DNA from: Microcoleus sp.
GTDB taxonomy: Bacteria; Cyanobacteriota; Cyanobacteriia; Cyanobacteriales; Microcoleaceae
Direction: 5' to 3'
Length of the DNA: 64,000 nt
Assembly (NCBI GenBank): GCA_042408215.1
Contig: JAYFMW010000017.1
Span: 512,001-576,000, forward strand
This document shows positions 39,985-51,316 of the stretch, in pieces. Positions within the stretch are counted from its first letter, which is position 1. Each line of letters begins with the position of its first letter. The position numbers and the translations under genes were made by a program. The notes under the pieces were generated by a model. It was not told where the DNA came from and did no database searches. It worked only from the letters and a program-made list of their open reading frames with translations.

Positions 39985-41304
39985 ATGTCTGCTAAACCTA
40001 AGATTATAGTTCTCGATGACGATCCCACCGGTTCTCAAACCGTGCACAGTTGCTTGCTGCTGACACGTTGGGACGAAGAAACCCTGCGTTTGGGACTGCG
40101 GGACAAGTCGCCGATTTTCTTTATACTGACAAATACTCGATCGCTAACTCCCGAAAACGCAGCTTCCGTCACCCGCGAAGTCTGCCAAAACCTCAAAGTT
40201 GCGATCGCCGCCGAAGCAATCCACGACTTCCTGATCGTTAGCCGTTCCGATTCTACCCTGCGCGGTCACTATCCCATCGAAACCGACGCGATCGCCGAAG
40301 AACTCGGTCCCTTCGACGGTCATTTTCTAATTCCCGCCTTTTTTGAAGGAGGAAGAATTACCCGCGACAGCGTGCATTACCTGATGGTTAACAGCGTCGA
40401 AACACCAGTTCACGAAACCGAATTTGCCAAAGATTCAGTCTTCGGCTACCATCACAGTTACCTCCCAGACTATGTAGCAGAAAAAACCAAAGGTCGCATC
40501 CAGGCCGAGCAAGTCGATCGCATCTTACTCGCAGACATTCGCCACGGAAATTTAGAGCGACTAATGGACATGACAAACAACCAATGTGCAGTAGTAGATT
40601 GCGAAAATCAAAGCGATTTAGACACCTTTGCCAAACACATTCTCGACGCAGCCAGTCAAGGCAAAAAGTTTTTATTCCGTAGTGGAGCAAGCATTTTAAC
40701 ATCCTTAGCCGACCTAGGCCCCCAGCCAATTGCAGCCGACAATATGGCAAAATATGTGAAGGACGGCAAACCCGGTGCAGTAATAGTTGGTTCCCACGTC
40801 AAGAAAACTACAGAACAATTGGAATACTTGTTAAAAGAAGCCCAGACAGTTAGCATTGAAATAGACGTATCTCACTTGCTAGAAGATTCACCAGAATATC
40901 GGACAGACCTGTTGAATAAAACTCTAGAAAAAGTCCGCAGTGCTCACAGCGATGGCAAAACCCCTGTAATTTATACCAGTCGCCAAGAACTACAATTTAA
41001 AAATACCGAAATCCGGTTAAAATTTGGAGAGGCGGTTTCTGGTTTATTGATGGATATAGTGCGGGGACTGCCTGCGGATATCGGATTTTTAATTAGCAAA
41101 GGCGGCATCACTTCCAATGATGTTTTGAGTACAGGTTTATCCCTCAAAAGTGTCAGACTGCTAGGTCAAATTATCGCAGGTTGTTCAGTAGTAAAAACCG
41201 AGGCAGATCATCCTTTGTTTCCCAATTTACCAGTAGTTTTGTTTCCCGGAAATGTGGGAGATAGTAATGCTTTGGCTACGGCTTACAAGCGGCTGAGCAA
41301 GTAA
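39985..41304 (+). CDS. Four-carbon acid sugar kinase family protein (DUF1537/YgbK-like)
   Basis: VLDDDPTG, RSDSTLRGH, KGGITS and PGNVG. Confidence 0.9.
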   Translation: MSAKPKIIVLDDDPTGSQTVHSCLLLTRWDEETLRLGLRDKSPIFFILTNTRSLTPENAASVTREVCQNLKVAIAAEAIHDFLIVSRSDSTLRGHYPIETDAIAEELGPFDGHFLIPAFFEGGRITRDSVHYLMVNSVETPVHETEFAKDSVFGYHHSYLPDYVAEKTKGRIQAEQVDRILLADIRHGNLERLMDMTNNQCAVVDCENQSDLDTFAKHILDAASQGKKFLFRSGASILTSLADLGPQPIAADNMAKYVKDGKPGAVIVGSHVKKTTEQLEYLLKEAQTVSIEIDVSHLLEDSPEYRTDLLNKTLEKVRSAHSDGKTPVIYTSRQELQFKNTEIRLKFGEAVSGLLMDIVRGLPADIGFLISKGGITSNDVLSTGLSLKSVRLLGQIIAGCSVVKTEADHPLFPNLPVVLFPGNVGDSNALATAYKRLSK

Positions 41305-41335
41305 CCAGCAGACTGAGTTCAAAAAACACCACACT

Positions 41336-41370
41336 TAGATACCCGACTTCTTAGAGAAGTCAGGTATCTA
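41336..41370. repeat. Palindromic dispersed repeat / possible terminator hairpin
   Basis: TAGATACCCGACTTCT-TAG-AGAAGTCAGGTATCTA. Confidence 0.6.
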
Positions 41371-41726
41371 ACATATTGAAATTTTAATGCCAGAGCGTAT
41401 CTTGACAATCCCCTCAAATAAGCCCAATGCTGCAACTCCTGTAAAAATCGCTCTTCAGATTACGAATAAAACGGCAGCCTCGTTGCGCTTCCAATAGTTA
41501 AATACAACGTTACAGATTCTAGGGCAAGATGGTAAAAAACTGCGGTGGATTGTATCGGTCGCTACTTTGTGGACTAAGCATTAGAGAGAGCCGTTATACT
41601 GCTGATAGTAGGGAAAATTGGTCTAAAAAACTTCAGTATTTTTACGGTTAAAAGATTAATATATTTGTCCTAATATATATAGTCAAATAGCAATGAGTCA
41701 CTTTAAAAAAAGCAGAGCTAATTCAT

Positions 41727-42596
41727 GTGATTAAGCATTTTGCCTTGTTTTTATTGGCTTTAATCATTTCGGGTGTAATCGCACTGAGCCATAGGTCCGC
41801 AGGAGGGACAACGCCCTCTGATATAGGAATAACCAGGGTGATTGAGTTGAAATCCGCTGAAATTGATGGCATCCGCTTTGAAAGCATAATGCCAGAGCCT
41901 GTATTGACCCTCCCCAAAAAACAACCTGACACGAATGGTGTAATCGCGCTCGGCCATGTACCCAGATTGTTAGCTGGGGCTGTTGATTCGGAACTGGGGA
42001 GGGCAACTGAATTGACATCCTTTGAATCAACACATAGCAATATCGATAGCAATGCAGTTGAAAGAAATGGTATTAGGTTGGAAATTTTAGCACCGGAGCG
42101 GGTGTGGCGCATACCTGAAAACCAGCCAAATACTACTACTCCTGTTCGGATCGGTTTTCAACTTACAAACAATACACCTTACCCTATTCGCTTGCCTCAT
42201 CTCGATCCCCTTTTTGTATTTCCACTAGAAATAGTGGATGCTAATGGTAATTTATTACAGCGCTCTGGAGCTAGAGTTATGCTTTTCAACTCTCCGCAAC
42301 TGGCTTGTCCCTTACTTCAACCACGAGAAAGTCTAACCTTTTTCTTGCAAGCACAACTTTTGTGGCAAAACAATCAGCTTCTCTTCGGAGGCGCTGATGG
42401 ATTAGGTGGCGGATGGAATTTTGATATTAGGCCTGGTAACTATCAAATTAGGTTGAGATACATCAATTCTCGCCCTTTATTATATTGTGATGAACCTCAA
42501 CAGCAGGAGTACAACAAATTAACACGAGGGATTTGGACGGGTCAGATAGTAACACCCTTTGTGAAGTTCCGCGTCGTCCAGTCTGAATCTCAATAG
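41727..42596 (+). CDS. Secreted hypothetical protein with a duplicated N-terminal segment
   Basis: Signal peptide; beta-rich domain ending WTGQIVTPFV. Confidence 0.7.
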   Translation: MIKHFALFLLALIISGVIALSHRSAGGTTPSDIGITRVIELKSAEIDGIRFESIMPEPVLTLPKKQPDTNGVIALGHVPRLLAGAVDSELGRATELTSFESTHSNIDSNAVERNGIRLEILAPERVWRIPENQPNTTTPVRIGFQLTNNTPYPIRLPHLDPLFVFPLEIVDANGNLLQRSGARVMLFNSPQLACPLLQPRESLTFFLQAQLLWQNNQLLFGGADGLGGGWNFDIRPGNYQIRLRYINSRPLLYCDEPQQQEYNKLTRGIWTGQIVTPFVKFRVVQSESQ

Positions 42597-42670
42597 AACT
42601 TAAGACCCAATTTTTACTCGATTTCAAGCTGAGACACAGATTTCCTACCCATACAAAGGAGTTGCCAACA

Positions 42671-44386
42671 ATGAAACTATCACAATACTGGACAATTTTA
42701 TTAAGTTCGCCCTTACTGATGTTGCTAACAAGTAGAGCCAGTTTCGCGTTTTCTTTCACATTGCCATCCCAACAACCAAACCCGATATGCACTCCTACCT
42801 CGCCTTACTGTTCCTCAATATCCCATACAAAGCCCGGTGTAGGTACTGTGACTGTCTCTACTACCTCAGTCTCAGCACTCCCACTAGGCGGCACCAATGA
42901 TTTTTTTAACCTGCTAACGTCATCTGTATGGGCACAAAATGGTTGGACGTTTAACAAGGCGCAACCTGTAGAGTCTTTAACAGGTAGGTTTGATGTTGGG
43001 GTTTATGCTCCCTTTATTTTTCTTACTAACCCTAACCCAGAAACTGTTGGAGCTGAAATACAAGTTCTTTATAACCCTGGTGCTGGTTTAGATCCCGTAG
43101 GAAGTAACGTTCATTTTATCCAACGGGTAGTTAACAATCATGCTTACACTGTTACCCTACAGGGAGTCATTAAGCAGCCACCAGGAACTCCTGACGATAA
43201 AATTGATACGCTACTAGAGCAAACTCAACCAGGTTTTATCGACCCCCAAAAACCCACATTTAACCCTTTTTACGACACCTATGGTCGGGTGATAAGGCCT
43301 CCCGCCGATCAAAGAATTCTTTTTGTGGATACTCCATCCCGAGATGATATCTATTATAACAACAAAAACTGGAGTGCAGAACTTTATCTTGCTGAGGTCA
43401 AAGATCCCATTAATAACCCAACTCAAGTGACAATATATAATGGGATATCATGGGGTTAGAAAAGCATATTTACTCCTCCTAAAACCACTAAAAAGTTCTC
43501 CGACAGCCTCGCCTCCGGTTTTGAAGTAGACCGTTTTAACCTCTCTGACCTTACCCCTGGTTCAAAATATATAGCCTGGACTAACAACGACCTCCCTTCC
43601 AACCGCTGCAACCCCAACACATTCTTAAGCACTCATAATGACTCAGGTTTTCAGCTAGGATTTGACGACGACAGTAGCCCTCTAGGAGATGGTTTTGCCT
43701 CCGCACTAACCGGTACTGTAGGCAGTAGCGGCAATATCAACCTCAATGTCGGTGCTGCTGGTGGAGGTGCTCGCGGTCAAGACACAGGCAATTACGAGCT
43801 TTTTGTTGATGTTTACGACCCACAAGAATCGCCAGATTTTAGCGTAGCAAGTAGCGGCGGCGGCGGATTCGGAAAAGAAAAGCGGGGCCTCACACAGCAA
43901 AACCCCATCCTTCCCAATTCTATCCAAAACGGCTGGCAAGTCTTCAACAAAGTTCCCGGCTGTCGCTGGTTTGACCCTCCAACTACTTACGGCTTTGAAT
44001 TCCAATCTCTGGAAGACACTTTATTTACTGAAATTCTCGATTGTCCTGCGGGCGATGACCAGCAATTTACTGTTGCAGTAGGAGATTCGATCCTCGGTAA
44101 TTTCAGTCCTGGAGATAAATTAGACTTTGTTTCTTTATTGGGTTATCCAGTAGATAATTTTAGAATCACTGGGATTGATTCATTATTTGGTGAGACAGCA
44201 GAAACAGCATTTCCAATTCAATTAGCTTTTCAGGAACGGGAAGGAAGTTTCAAGATGCGGCAAATTCCCAAGCCAATTGATGCGGAAGCTGTGCCAGAAC
44301 CTGGGAGCATTTTGGCTGCTTCGGGAATGCTGCTGTGGTTTGCTGGGATGCGGCATATTTTGCGGAAAAAGCGACAGGCTGGTTAA
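42671..44386 (+). pseudogene. PEP-CTERM sorting domain protein interrupted by a single in-frame TAG (43457-43459)
   Basis: Signal peptide; the frame stays open from 43460 to VPEPGSILAASGMLLWFAGMRHILRKKR. Confidence 0.85.
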
Positions 44387-44525
44387 ACAGTTGACAGTTG
44401 ACAGTTGACTGTTGACAGTTGACAGGGAGGTTTTTAAACAGTGACATAACTATCTTTCCGATCGCAATGATGAAACATAGATTCTGCGATCGCGAGACAC
44501 AACCAATAATGACACAAAGCTCGCA

Positions 44526-45797
44526 ATGACACAAATGAAAAATCTTTACACTCTGCTATATGCTTTCAGCCTCATTCTCATCAACCCTTGGGGAGGCAGC
44601 CGCGGCGAAATTTGGACGCAACCTAAAGTTTTTGTTGTTCTGCTGATTGTGCTTTCAAATTTATCATTTTTATGGGAAGAAAGGAAATTTTTAACTTTTT
44701 CCCGGCAGTGGAAAGTCTGCCTGATTTTGTGGGGAGTTTTTTTGACTGTGGGAGCGATTTCTACCCTCAACAGTCCTTTCCCGGAACGTTCTTTTTGGGG
44801 ACAAGACCAAATGGGAGACGGCTGGCTGTACTGGCTGTTAATTTCTCTTTTTAGCCTCACCAATAGGCTGCTATTCAAACTGCATCCAGAATTGTTTCTC
44901 TCTCAAATGCGGGGTTTGCTGATAGGAGGGGCGGTTGTAGCTGTTAGCGTTTTTCCGCAAGTTGTCAACTGGCAAATTGATTATACTGCTACTTCCGGTC
45001 AGTCGATCGCACATGATGTTTTGGCTAGTACGATTTTTCGGGGACAGCAGCCGATCGCACTTTTCTCGCACCGCGGTCACGCAGCCATAGTATTGGCTCT
45101 GACAGCCGTGATTTGTGCGGTAGGTTGGAAGTGGAAATTAATTAACGATCGCACTTCCACTCTGATTTTATTCATAATTCTCCCCGCTTTGCTATTTACC
45201 AACACTCGCACAGCAATTTTATCTTTAATTATAGCACTATTTTACTTATTGGGATGGCAATACTATAAATTAATGATTGCAGTTATTGCGCTCGGCTTAG
45301 TAGCAATTAGTGCAATGACCTTTACTAGACCTCTGGACTGGAATCGGGTATCTGTTGCACAAGTAATGTCCAGCCGATCGCCCCTGTGGGAACTTGCTGT
45401 GCGCGGGATTCAAAAACGACCTCTCTTTGGCTGGGGTTTTAACGGATTTGGCATCGCATATCCTTTCGTCGCCAATCCCAATAAGGTTCCTGAAATTGTG
45501 AATTTAGGTCAGTTTTCTTACGATTACCTGGATATAAACGGACAGATTCGTACTGAAAAAATACCGAGTTATAAAGCTCACAATTGGATTTTAGATACTG
45601 CTATTTCTACAGGCATTCTGGGTGTGATCGCTAGTTTTGCTTTGTGGGGATATTGCTTGCACTGTGCGATCGTGTCGCTAAATACCGACATATCAGCAAT
45701 GGCGATCGGCTATTTAACTTTCATTCTGCCTTGGTTTGAGTGCGCTCAATACGCCCAGGTGCTTTGGTGGGCGCTAGATGGCTCCGAATCGAGTTAA
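44526..45797 (+). CDS. O-antigen ligase family membrane protein
   Basis: Multi-TM; SHRGH, TRTA, RPLFGWG and KAHN motifs. Confidence 0.85.
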   Translation: MTQMKNLYTLLYAFSLILINPWGGSRGEIWTQPKVFVVLLIVLSNLSFLWEERKFLTFSRQWKVCLILWGVFLTVGAISTLNSPFPERSFWGQDQMGDGWLYWLLISLFSLTNRLLFKLHPELFLSQMRGLLIGGAVVAVSVFPQVVNWQIDYTATSGQSIAHDVLASTIFRGQQPIALFSHRGHAAIVLALTAVICAVGWKWKLINDRTSTLILFIILPALLFTNTRTAILSLIIALFYLLGWQYYKLMIAVIALGLVAISAMTFTRPLDWNRVSVAQVMSSRSPLWELAVRGIQKRPLFGWGFNGFGIAYPFVANPNKVPEIVNLGQFSYDYLDINGQIRTEKIPSYKAHNWILDTAISTGILGVIASFALWGYCLHCAIVSLNTDISAMAIGYLTFILPWFECAQYAQVLWWALDGSESS

Positions 45798-46106
45798 GAG
45801 ATTCCAAAACTCTCAATCCTGCAATAATAGTCGGCTTTTATCTTGCACCCACCGCTAACAAATGATAGTATTATAAGTCTGCCTAAAATTAAAACCTCAG
45901 CCAACAATTAAAAATCGCACCCGCAACAAAAAATCTTAAAAAAATTAGATTGCCAAAAAAGTAATGGTTGATACTCCACATCTGGGGCTGCCCCCCCAAG
46001 TCCCACTCCTATCGGTAGCGTTTTGATCCTTGTATCTGTCTGAGTCGGAAAACTCAGTTGAAATTTTTGCCTCGCAATTTTTAGCTCAAAACGTTAGCAT
46101 ATAAAG

Positions 46107-47258
46107 GTGACAGAACATTACCAGCCCCTAAACTCATTAAAAGGTGGCCATTGGTTCAAGCTGATCTGTGGGGCCAGCTTTCAACACCTGCCTGCGGTGC
46201 GGAACCTGACCTTGGCTTACACCTTAGCAGGCGCTGACTGTATTGATGTCGCGGCAGATCCGGCCGCGATCGCAGCAGCGAAAGAAGCCCTACAGGTGGC
46301 CAGCATCATACAGGCTCAAACCCAAAACCCCAGGTTTGGCGGCCAAGGTTTGCCCTGGCTGATGGTCAGTTTAAATGATGGAGAAGACCCGCATTTTCGT
46401 AAAGCCGAATTCAACCCAGCCGAGTGTCCGGCGGACTGCTGGCGACCGTGCGAAAAAATTTGTCCAGCCGAAGCAATCGTTTTTCCGGGTGCTGGCGGTG
46501 GTGTTTCCGGGGTGATAGACCAGCGCTGCTATGGTTGCGGTCGTTGTCTACCGGTTTGTCCCAGCCAACTAATTTACACTCGTTCTTACGTGTCTGCTCC
46601 CGCTGCGATCGCACCTTTAATCTTGCCCTACGGTGTGGACGCCCTAGAAATCCACACGCAAGTAGGCAGAGAAACAGATTTTGCAAGACTTTGGTCAAGC
46701 ATAAATCCCTGGGTGCATCAACTCAAATTAATAGCCATTAGTTGCCCCGATGGAGACAATTTGATTGATTATTTACGGACACTCTATCAAATAATTTCTC
46801 CCCTTCCTTGTCCCCTAATTTGGCAAACCGACGGTAGGCCCATGAGTGGAGATATTGGCACCGGAGCCACTAGAGCCGCAGTCAAACTCGGTCAAAAAGT
46901 CTTGGCCGCCGGCTTACCGGGATACGTGCAACTTGCTGGTGGCACTAATGCTCATACTGTCAGCAAACTTAGAGCCTCTGGACTGATGAGGGAGCGCAGG
47001 AAAAATTTGTTAATTCCTGATACCCCATACATTGCAGGTATAGCTTATGGCAGCTATGCCCGTGCTCTGCTGTCGCCAATTTTAGAACAATTAGAAACAA
47101 TGCAGATCGATCGAGCCTTGGCGATTCCAAACGCGATCGCGCCACCAGCAGCCGGAGCCCACATACCAGGACTGACTCAGCTCGAAGCCTTCCCAGAACT
47201 TCTCTGGCCGGCCGTGAGTTTAGCTCATTCTCTAGTTTCCCAACTGAAAGAATATTAG
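46107..47258 (+). CDS. ldpA: Circadian input Fe-S protein LdpA
   Basis: WFKLICGAS, EDPHFRKA, two Cys clusters and QTDGRPMSGDIG. Confidence 0.93.
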   Translation: MTEHYQPLNSLKGGHWFKLICGASFQHLPAVRNLTLAYTLAGADCIDVAADPAAIAAAKEALQVASIIQAQTQNPRFGGQGLPWLMVSLNDGEDPHFRKAEFNPAECPADCWRPCEKICPAEAIVFPGAGGGVSGVIDQRCYGCGRCLPVCPSQLIYTRSYVSAPAAIAPLILPYGVDALEIHTQVGRETDFARLWSSINPWVHQLKLIAISCPDGDNLIDYLRTLYQIISPLPCPLIWQTDGRPMSGDIGTGATRAAVKLGQKVLAAGLPGYVQLAGGTNAHTVSKLRASGLMRERRKNLLIPDTPYIAGIAYGSYARALLSPILEQLETMQIDRALAIPNAIAPPAAGAHIPGLTQLEAFPELLWPAVSLAHSLVSQLKEY

Positions 47259-47545
47259 TCAGTAGTCAGTAGTCATTAGTCAGTAGTCATTAGTCAGTAG
47301 TCATTAGTCAGTAGTCGTTGGTTAGTAGTTACACCAGTCGCCAAGGCGCTTTGAGCATCGCTCAGGGAGCGGAGTCGAAGGGCAGGATAAACGCAGTCAT
47401 TGGGTTCAATGATTATAAATGCCTTGACCACATTGGCGATTGCTATAGTTCCAATAACTAATAACCAATACCTAATAACTAATAACCAATAACCAATAAC
47501 TAATAACTAATAACCAATGACTAATAACTAATGACTAATGACTAA
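47255..47545. repeat. Complementary STRR arms (TAGTCAK)n and (TRACYAA)n flanking a small inverted-repeat element
   Basis: Seen directly. Confidence 0.8.
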
Positions 47546-47581
47546 AAAGGTTGAAAACGTCACCGAACAGATGGACGGCGA

Positions 47582-49345
47582 ATGCAGATTACAGACGACC
47601 TCAATAAATTACTCGACATCGTGCCAGATGAGATCCGGCAACCCCTAGAACAGCACCCGCAGCGTAACAATCTGATCGAGATTGTGATGGATTTGGGTCG
47701 CCTTCCAGAAGCTCGTTTTCCATCAAAGGCCGAACACCTTTCCCAAACGCCGATTTCTAAGGCAGACCTCAGTTACTGTATTGAGCGAGTCGGCCATTTC
47801 GGCGGCGACAACCGAGCCGGCATCGAGCAAACCCTGCACCGGATTAGCGCCCTTCGCAACCGCAGTGGCGAGATTATCGGCTTGACTTTGAGGGTTGGTC
47901 GCGCTGTGTTTGGGACGATCAAGATTATCCGCGATTTGGTGGAAACTGGCCAATCTATTCTGATGCTCGGCCGCCCCGGAGTTGGCAAAACTACTGCGCT
48001 GCGGGAAATAGCCCGCGTGCTCGCCGATGATTTGGAAAAACGTGTGGTGATTATCGACACCTCTAACGAAATTGCCGGAGATGGAGATATTCCTCACCCG
48101 GCGATCGGCAGAGCTCGCAGAATGCAAGTTTCCCGTCCCGAACTCCAGCACCAAGTCATGATTGAAGCAGTGGAAAACCATATGCCCGAAGTGATCGTGA
48201 TTGACGAAATCGGTACGGAATTGGAAGCTTTGGCGGCTCGGACGATCGCCGAAAGGGGGGTGCAGTTAGTCGGTACCGCCCACGGGAACCGGATCGAAAA
48301 CTTGATGAAAAACCCGACTCTGGCCGATTTAATTGGGGGTATCCAAGCGGTGACGCTGGGAGATGATGAGGCCCGGCGTCGCGGTTCTCAAAAGACGGTT
48401 TTGGAGCGCAAATCACCCCCAACTTTTGCAATTGCGATCGAAATGCTCGAACGCCAGCGCTGGGTAGTGCACGAGCAAGTTGCAGATTCGATCGACAGTC
48501 TACTACGGGGACGGCAACCGAACCAGCAAATCAGAAGCATCAGCGAGACTGGAGAAGTGATTATCGCCCACGAGTCAGGCACTCCCCCAGCCAGGTTTCC
48601 AGGGAACTCAGGTGCTGCGCCGGCTGCTGTATCGGCAATCCGGCCCGTTGCACCGCCCACCGGGTGGCGGAGTGCTGGCAAAATGGTCCCCATGCCCCCT
48701 CCCAGTCAGAAATTGCCTGCTAACGGTGATCCTGTTTCTGAGACTAAATATTTTGAGCAATTGCTCGAAGAATCCCTGGCCGTGGAACCTGTCGCCCAGC
48801 CCGGACGTTTTTCTCAGAATGTCGGCCCTAACGGCGAAGATTTGCCACTCCACGTTTATCCTTATGGCATAGCTCGCCATCAACTAGAGCAGGTAATTTC
48901 GACGCTGAATCTGCCCGTGCTGTTGACTAAGGACATTGACACTGCTGACGTGGTTTTGGCTTTGCGTTCTAATGTTCGGAACCAGTCGAAATTGCGGCAC
49001 TTGGCCAAAACTCGCCAAGTTCCCCTGCACACAATTAAGGCCAGCACTCTTCCCCATGTAGCGAGAGCTTTGCGGCGCTTGTTGGATATGGAAGACCCAA
49101 GCACCCCGGAAATCGCAGACCTCAACTTATTTGCCCGCAGCGGTTCTTCTGACGAGCTCGAAGCTCTCGAAGAAACCCGCTTGGCGGTTGAGCAAATTGT
49201 GATTCCCAAGGGACAGCCGGTGGAACTCTTGCCCCGTTCTCCTAACGTCCGCAAAATGCAGCATGAACTTGTGGAGCACTATCACCTGAAATCCGACAGT
49301 TTTGGTGAAGAACCCGATCGCCGCTTGCGGATATATCCAGCTTAA
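47582..49345 (+). CDS. Ycf45/SpoIIIAA-like AAA ATPase with R3H domain
   Basis: [25 protein letters not shown] and RKMQH (R3H). Confidence 0.92.
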   Translation: MQITDDLNKLLDIVPDEIRQPLEQHPQRNNLIEIVMDLGRLPEARFPSKAEHLSQTPISKADLSYCIERVGHFGGDNRAGIEQTLHRISALRNRSGEIIGLTLRVGRAVFGTIKIIRDLVETGQSILMLGRPGVGKTTALREIARVLADDLEKRVVIIDTSNEIAGDGDIPHPAIGRARRMQVSRPELQHQVMIEAVENHMPEVIVIDEIGTELEALAARTIAERGVQLVGTAHGNRIENLMKNPTLADLIGGIQAVTLGDDEARRRGSQKTVLERKSPPTFAIAIEMLERQRWVVHEQVADSIDSLLRGRQPNQQIRSISETGEVIIAHESGTPPARFPGNSGAAPAAVSAIRPVAPPTGWRSAGKMVPMPPPSQKLPANGDPVSETKYFEQLLEESLAVEPVAQPGRFSQNVGPNGEDLPLHVYPYGIARHQLEQVISTLNLPVLLTKDIDTADVVLALRSNVRNQSKLRHLAKTRQVPLHTIKASTLPHVARALRRLLDMEDPSTPEIADLNLFARSGSSDELEALEETRLAVEQIVIPKGQPVELLPRSPNVRKMQHELVEHYHLKSDSFGEEPDRRLRIYPA

Positions 49346-49504
49346 AGTTGGGGATTCAAGCCTTTTCAGGTAGAAGGTAGAAGGTAGAAGGTAGAAGGCA
49401 GAATTTTTTTCCTGTTTTCTGTTTTCTAGCTTTTGCCTTTGAGTAGATGACAAATTTCTGATATGATGTTATGTGACACTGTTCTTGTTAATGCGATCGG
49501 CTAA

Positions 49505-49623
49505 ATTCCCAATTCCCCATTCCCCATTCCCAATTCCCAATTCCCCATTCCCAATTCCCCATGACCAATTCCCCATTCCCCATGACCAATTCCCCATTCC
49601 CAATTCCCCATTCCCAATTCCCA
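49505..49623. repeat. STRR (ATTCCCM)n
   Basis: Tandem heptamers. Confidence 0.9.
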
Positions 49624-49644
49624 AACGAATCTACCTGATTTGAT

Positions 49645-51313
49645 ATGAATGATTCACTAATTCAGCTATTTATTAACTTAATTACTGCTCAGATTGGTTT
49701 GCGAATTCGGCCGCAAGATCGCTCGGCTTTGTCTCAAAAAATTTTGAATCGGATGAAATCCGCAAAAATAGCAGAACCCGAAAAATATTATCAACTTTTA
49801 ACGGCCAAAAGCTTTGAAAGTCAAAACGAATGGCGCGAATTAGTATTGTTATTAACAACTATTGAAAGTTATTTCATGCGAGATAAAGGACAGTTTGCTC
49901 TGCTAAAAAGAGTAATTTTTCCTGAATTGATAGAGCTGAAAAGAAACTTGCACAAGACCTTGGGAATTCAGCCGACACTGCGAATCTGGAGTGCGGGATG
50001 CTCCACTGGTGAAGAACCTTATTCTTTAGCTATTATTTTAAAACAGTTGATTCCCGATTGGGACCAATGGACAATATTAATTTTAGGTACTGATCTCAAT
50101 GAAAAAGTAATCGAAAAAGCGCAACAGGGAGTTTACAGCCATTGGTCGTTTCGCTTGGTTGACCCGCAGCTCCAAAAGGAGTATTTTAATCAGCGGGAAA
50201 TTGAATGGGAAATCAATCGAGAATTGCGCCAAAGTGTAAACTTTAGCTGTGTAAATTTAATCACAGATGAGCTTCCTAATATGTACAAAAATATTTATAA
50301 CATAGACTTAATTTTGTGTAGAAACGTTTTTGTTTATTTTGAACCTCAGTATATTTCACTGGTCCTGAAAAAATTTGCCAATACCCTGAAACCCGGAGGA
50401 TATTTAATCACGGGTCACGCTGAAGTTTACGGTCAAATTATGAAGGAGTTTCAACCAAAGATTTTCCCCGAGTCGGTTGTTTATCAGCGTCGGGATGCAG
50501 TACCGGAGGAATGCTGTCAAATAGAGTCTAGGGTTGCGATTTTAGGGGAACCCAACTCGGTGTTTCGGGAATTGGGGAAAGCAGAGACTGTGGGCGATGA
50601 GAGTGGTGAGTTGCTAGCAGGGGAAACGAGGCCAGCTAGTTTTGGTAATGGCAATTTTCCTAGAGATCACGCCCCTATTAACAGTAACTAATCCCCTGGG
50701 GAAGATGCTGCGAGCTCGCTATCTGGAGGACGGCTTGGCGGGCAATGCCGTGTCAGTTTCACAGACAATAATAGCAGAAAATACTCAAGAGCCAACCCCT
50801 AAAATGCTAATTTTAGAGGCTAAAAAATCCTTTAAAAATAAAGATTATGCTGAGGCGATTAACAAGGCACAAGAGGCAATAGACTTGCAGGGACATAATT
50901 TTGATGCTTATTATTTAATCGCTCAAGTTCATGCAAATTCAGGCAATTATTCTCAGGCAATAGAATACTGTAAGCGAGCGAGGAAAGTAGATCCTGGATC
51001 GGTATTTACTGATTATTTACAAGCTCACATTGCTGAAGAACAGGGGGAATTGGAAACAGCGAAAAATTTATTAAAGAGGAGTATTTATCTTTGCCCATCT
51101 TTTGTTTCAGCTTATCTAGAACTCGGGCATATATACCATAAAGAAGGTCAAGTAAAAAGAGCAATTAAAATGTACAATTCATCTTGTGAAATCCTGAAAG
51201 GACTACCGCCAAACACTCCGATAGAGCCCCAAGGTAAAATGACAGCTAGTCAAGTGCTGATGGATGTCAAACAAATTTTGCTAAGATTATACAGTAAATA
51301 CACTGTACACTGA
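49645..51313 (+). pseudogene. cheR: CheR methyltransferase with C-terminal TPR domain, split by a frameshift near 50660
   Basis: ESYFMRD, WSAGCSTGEEPYS and ILCRNV in 49645..50691; TPR repeats in overlapping 50642..51313; the CheR domain itself is complete. Confidence 0.8.
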
Positions 51314-51316
51314 AAT

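Noticed and set aside
43457..43459. Pyrrolysine recoding of the TAG
   Set aside because: No pyl genes in the window and pyrrolysine is not known in cyanobacteria; the context fits a Trp codon mutation.
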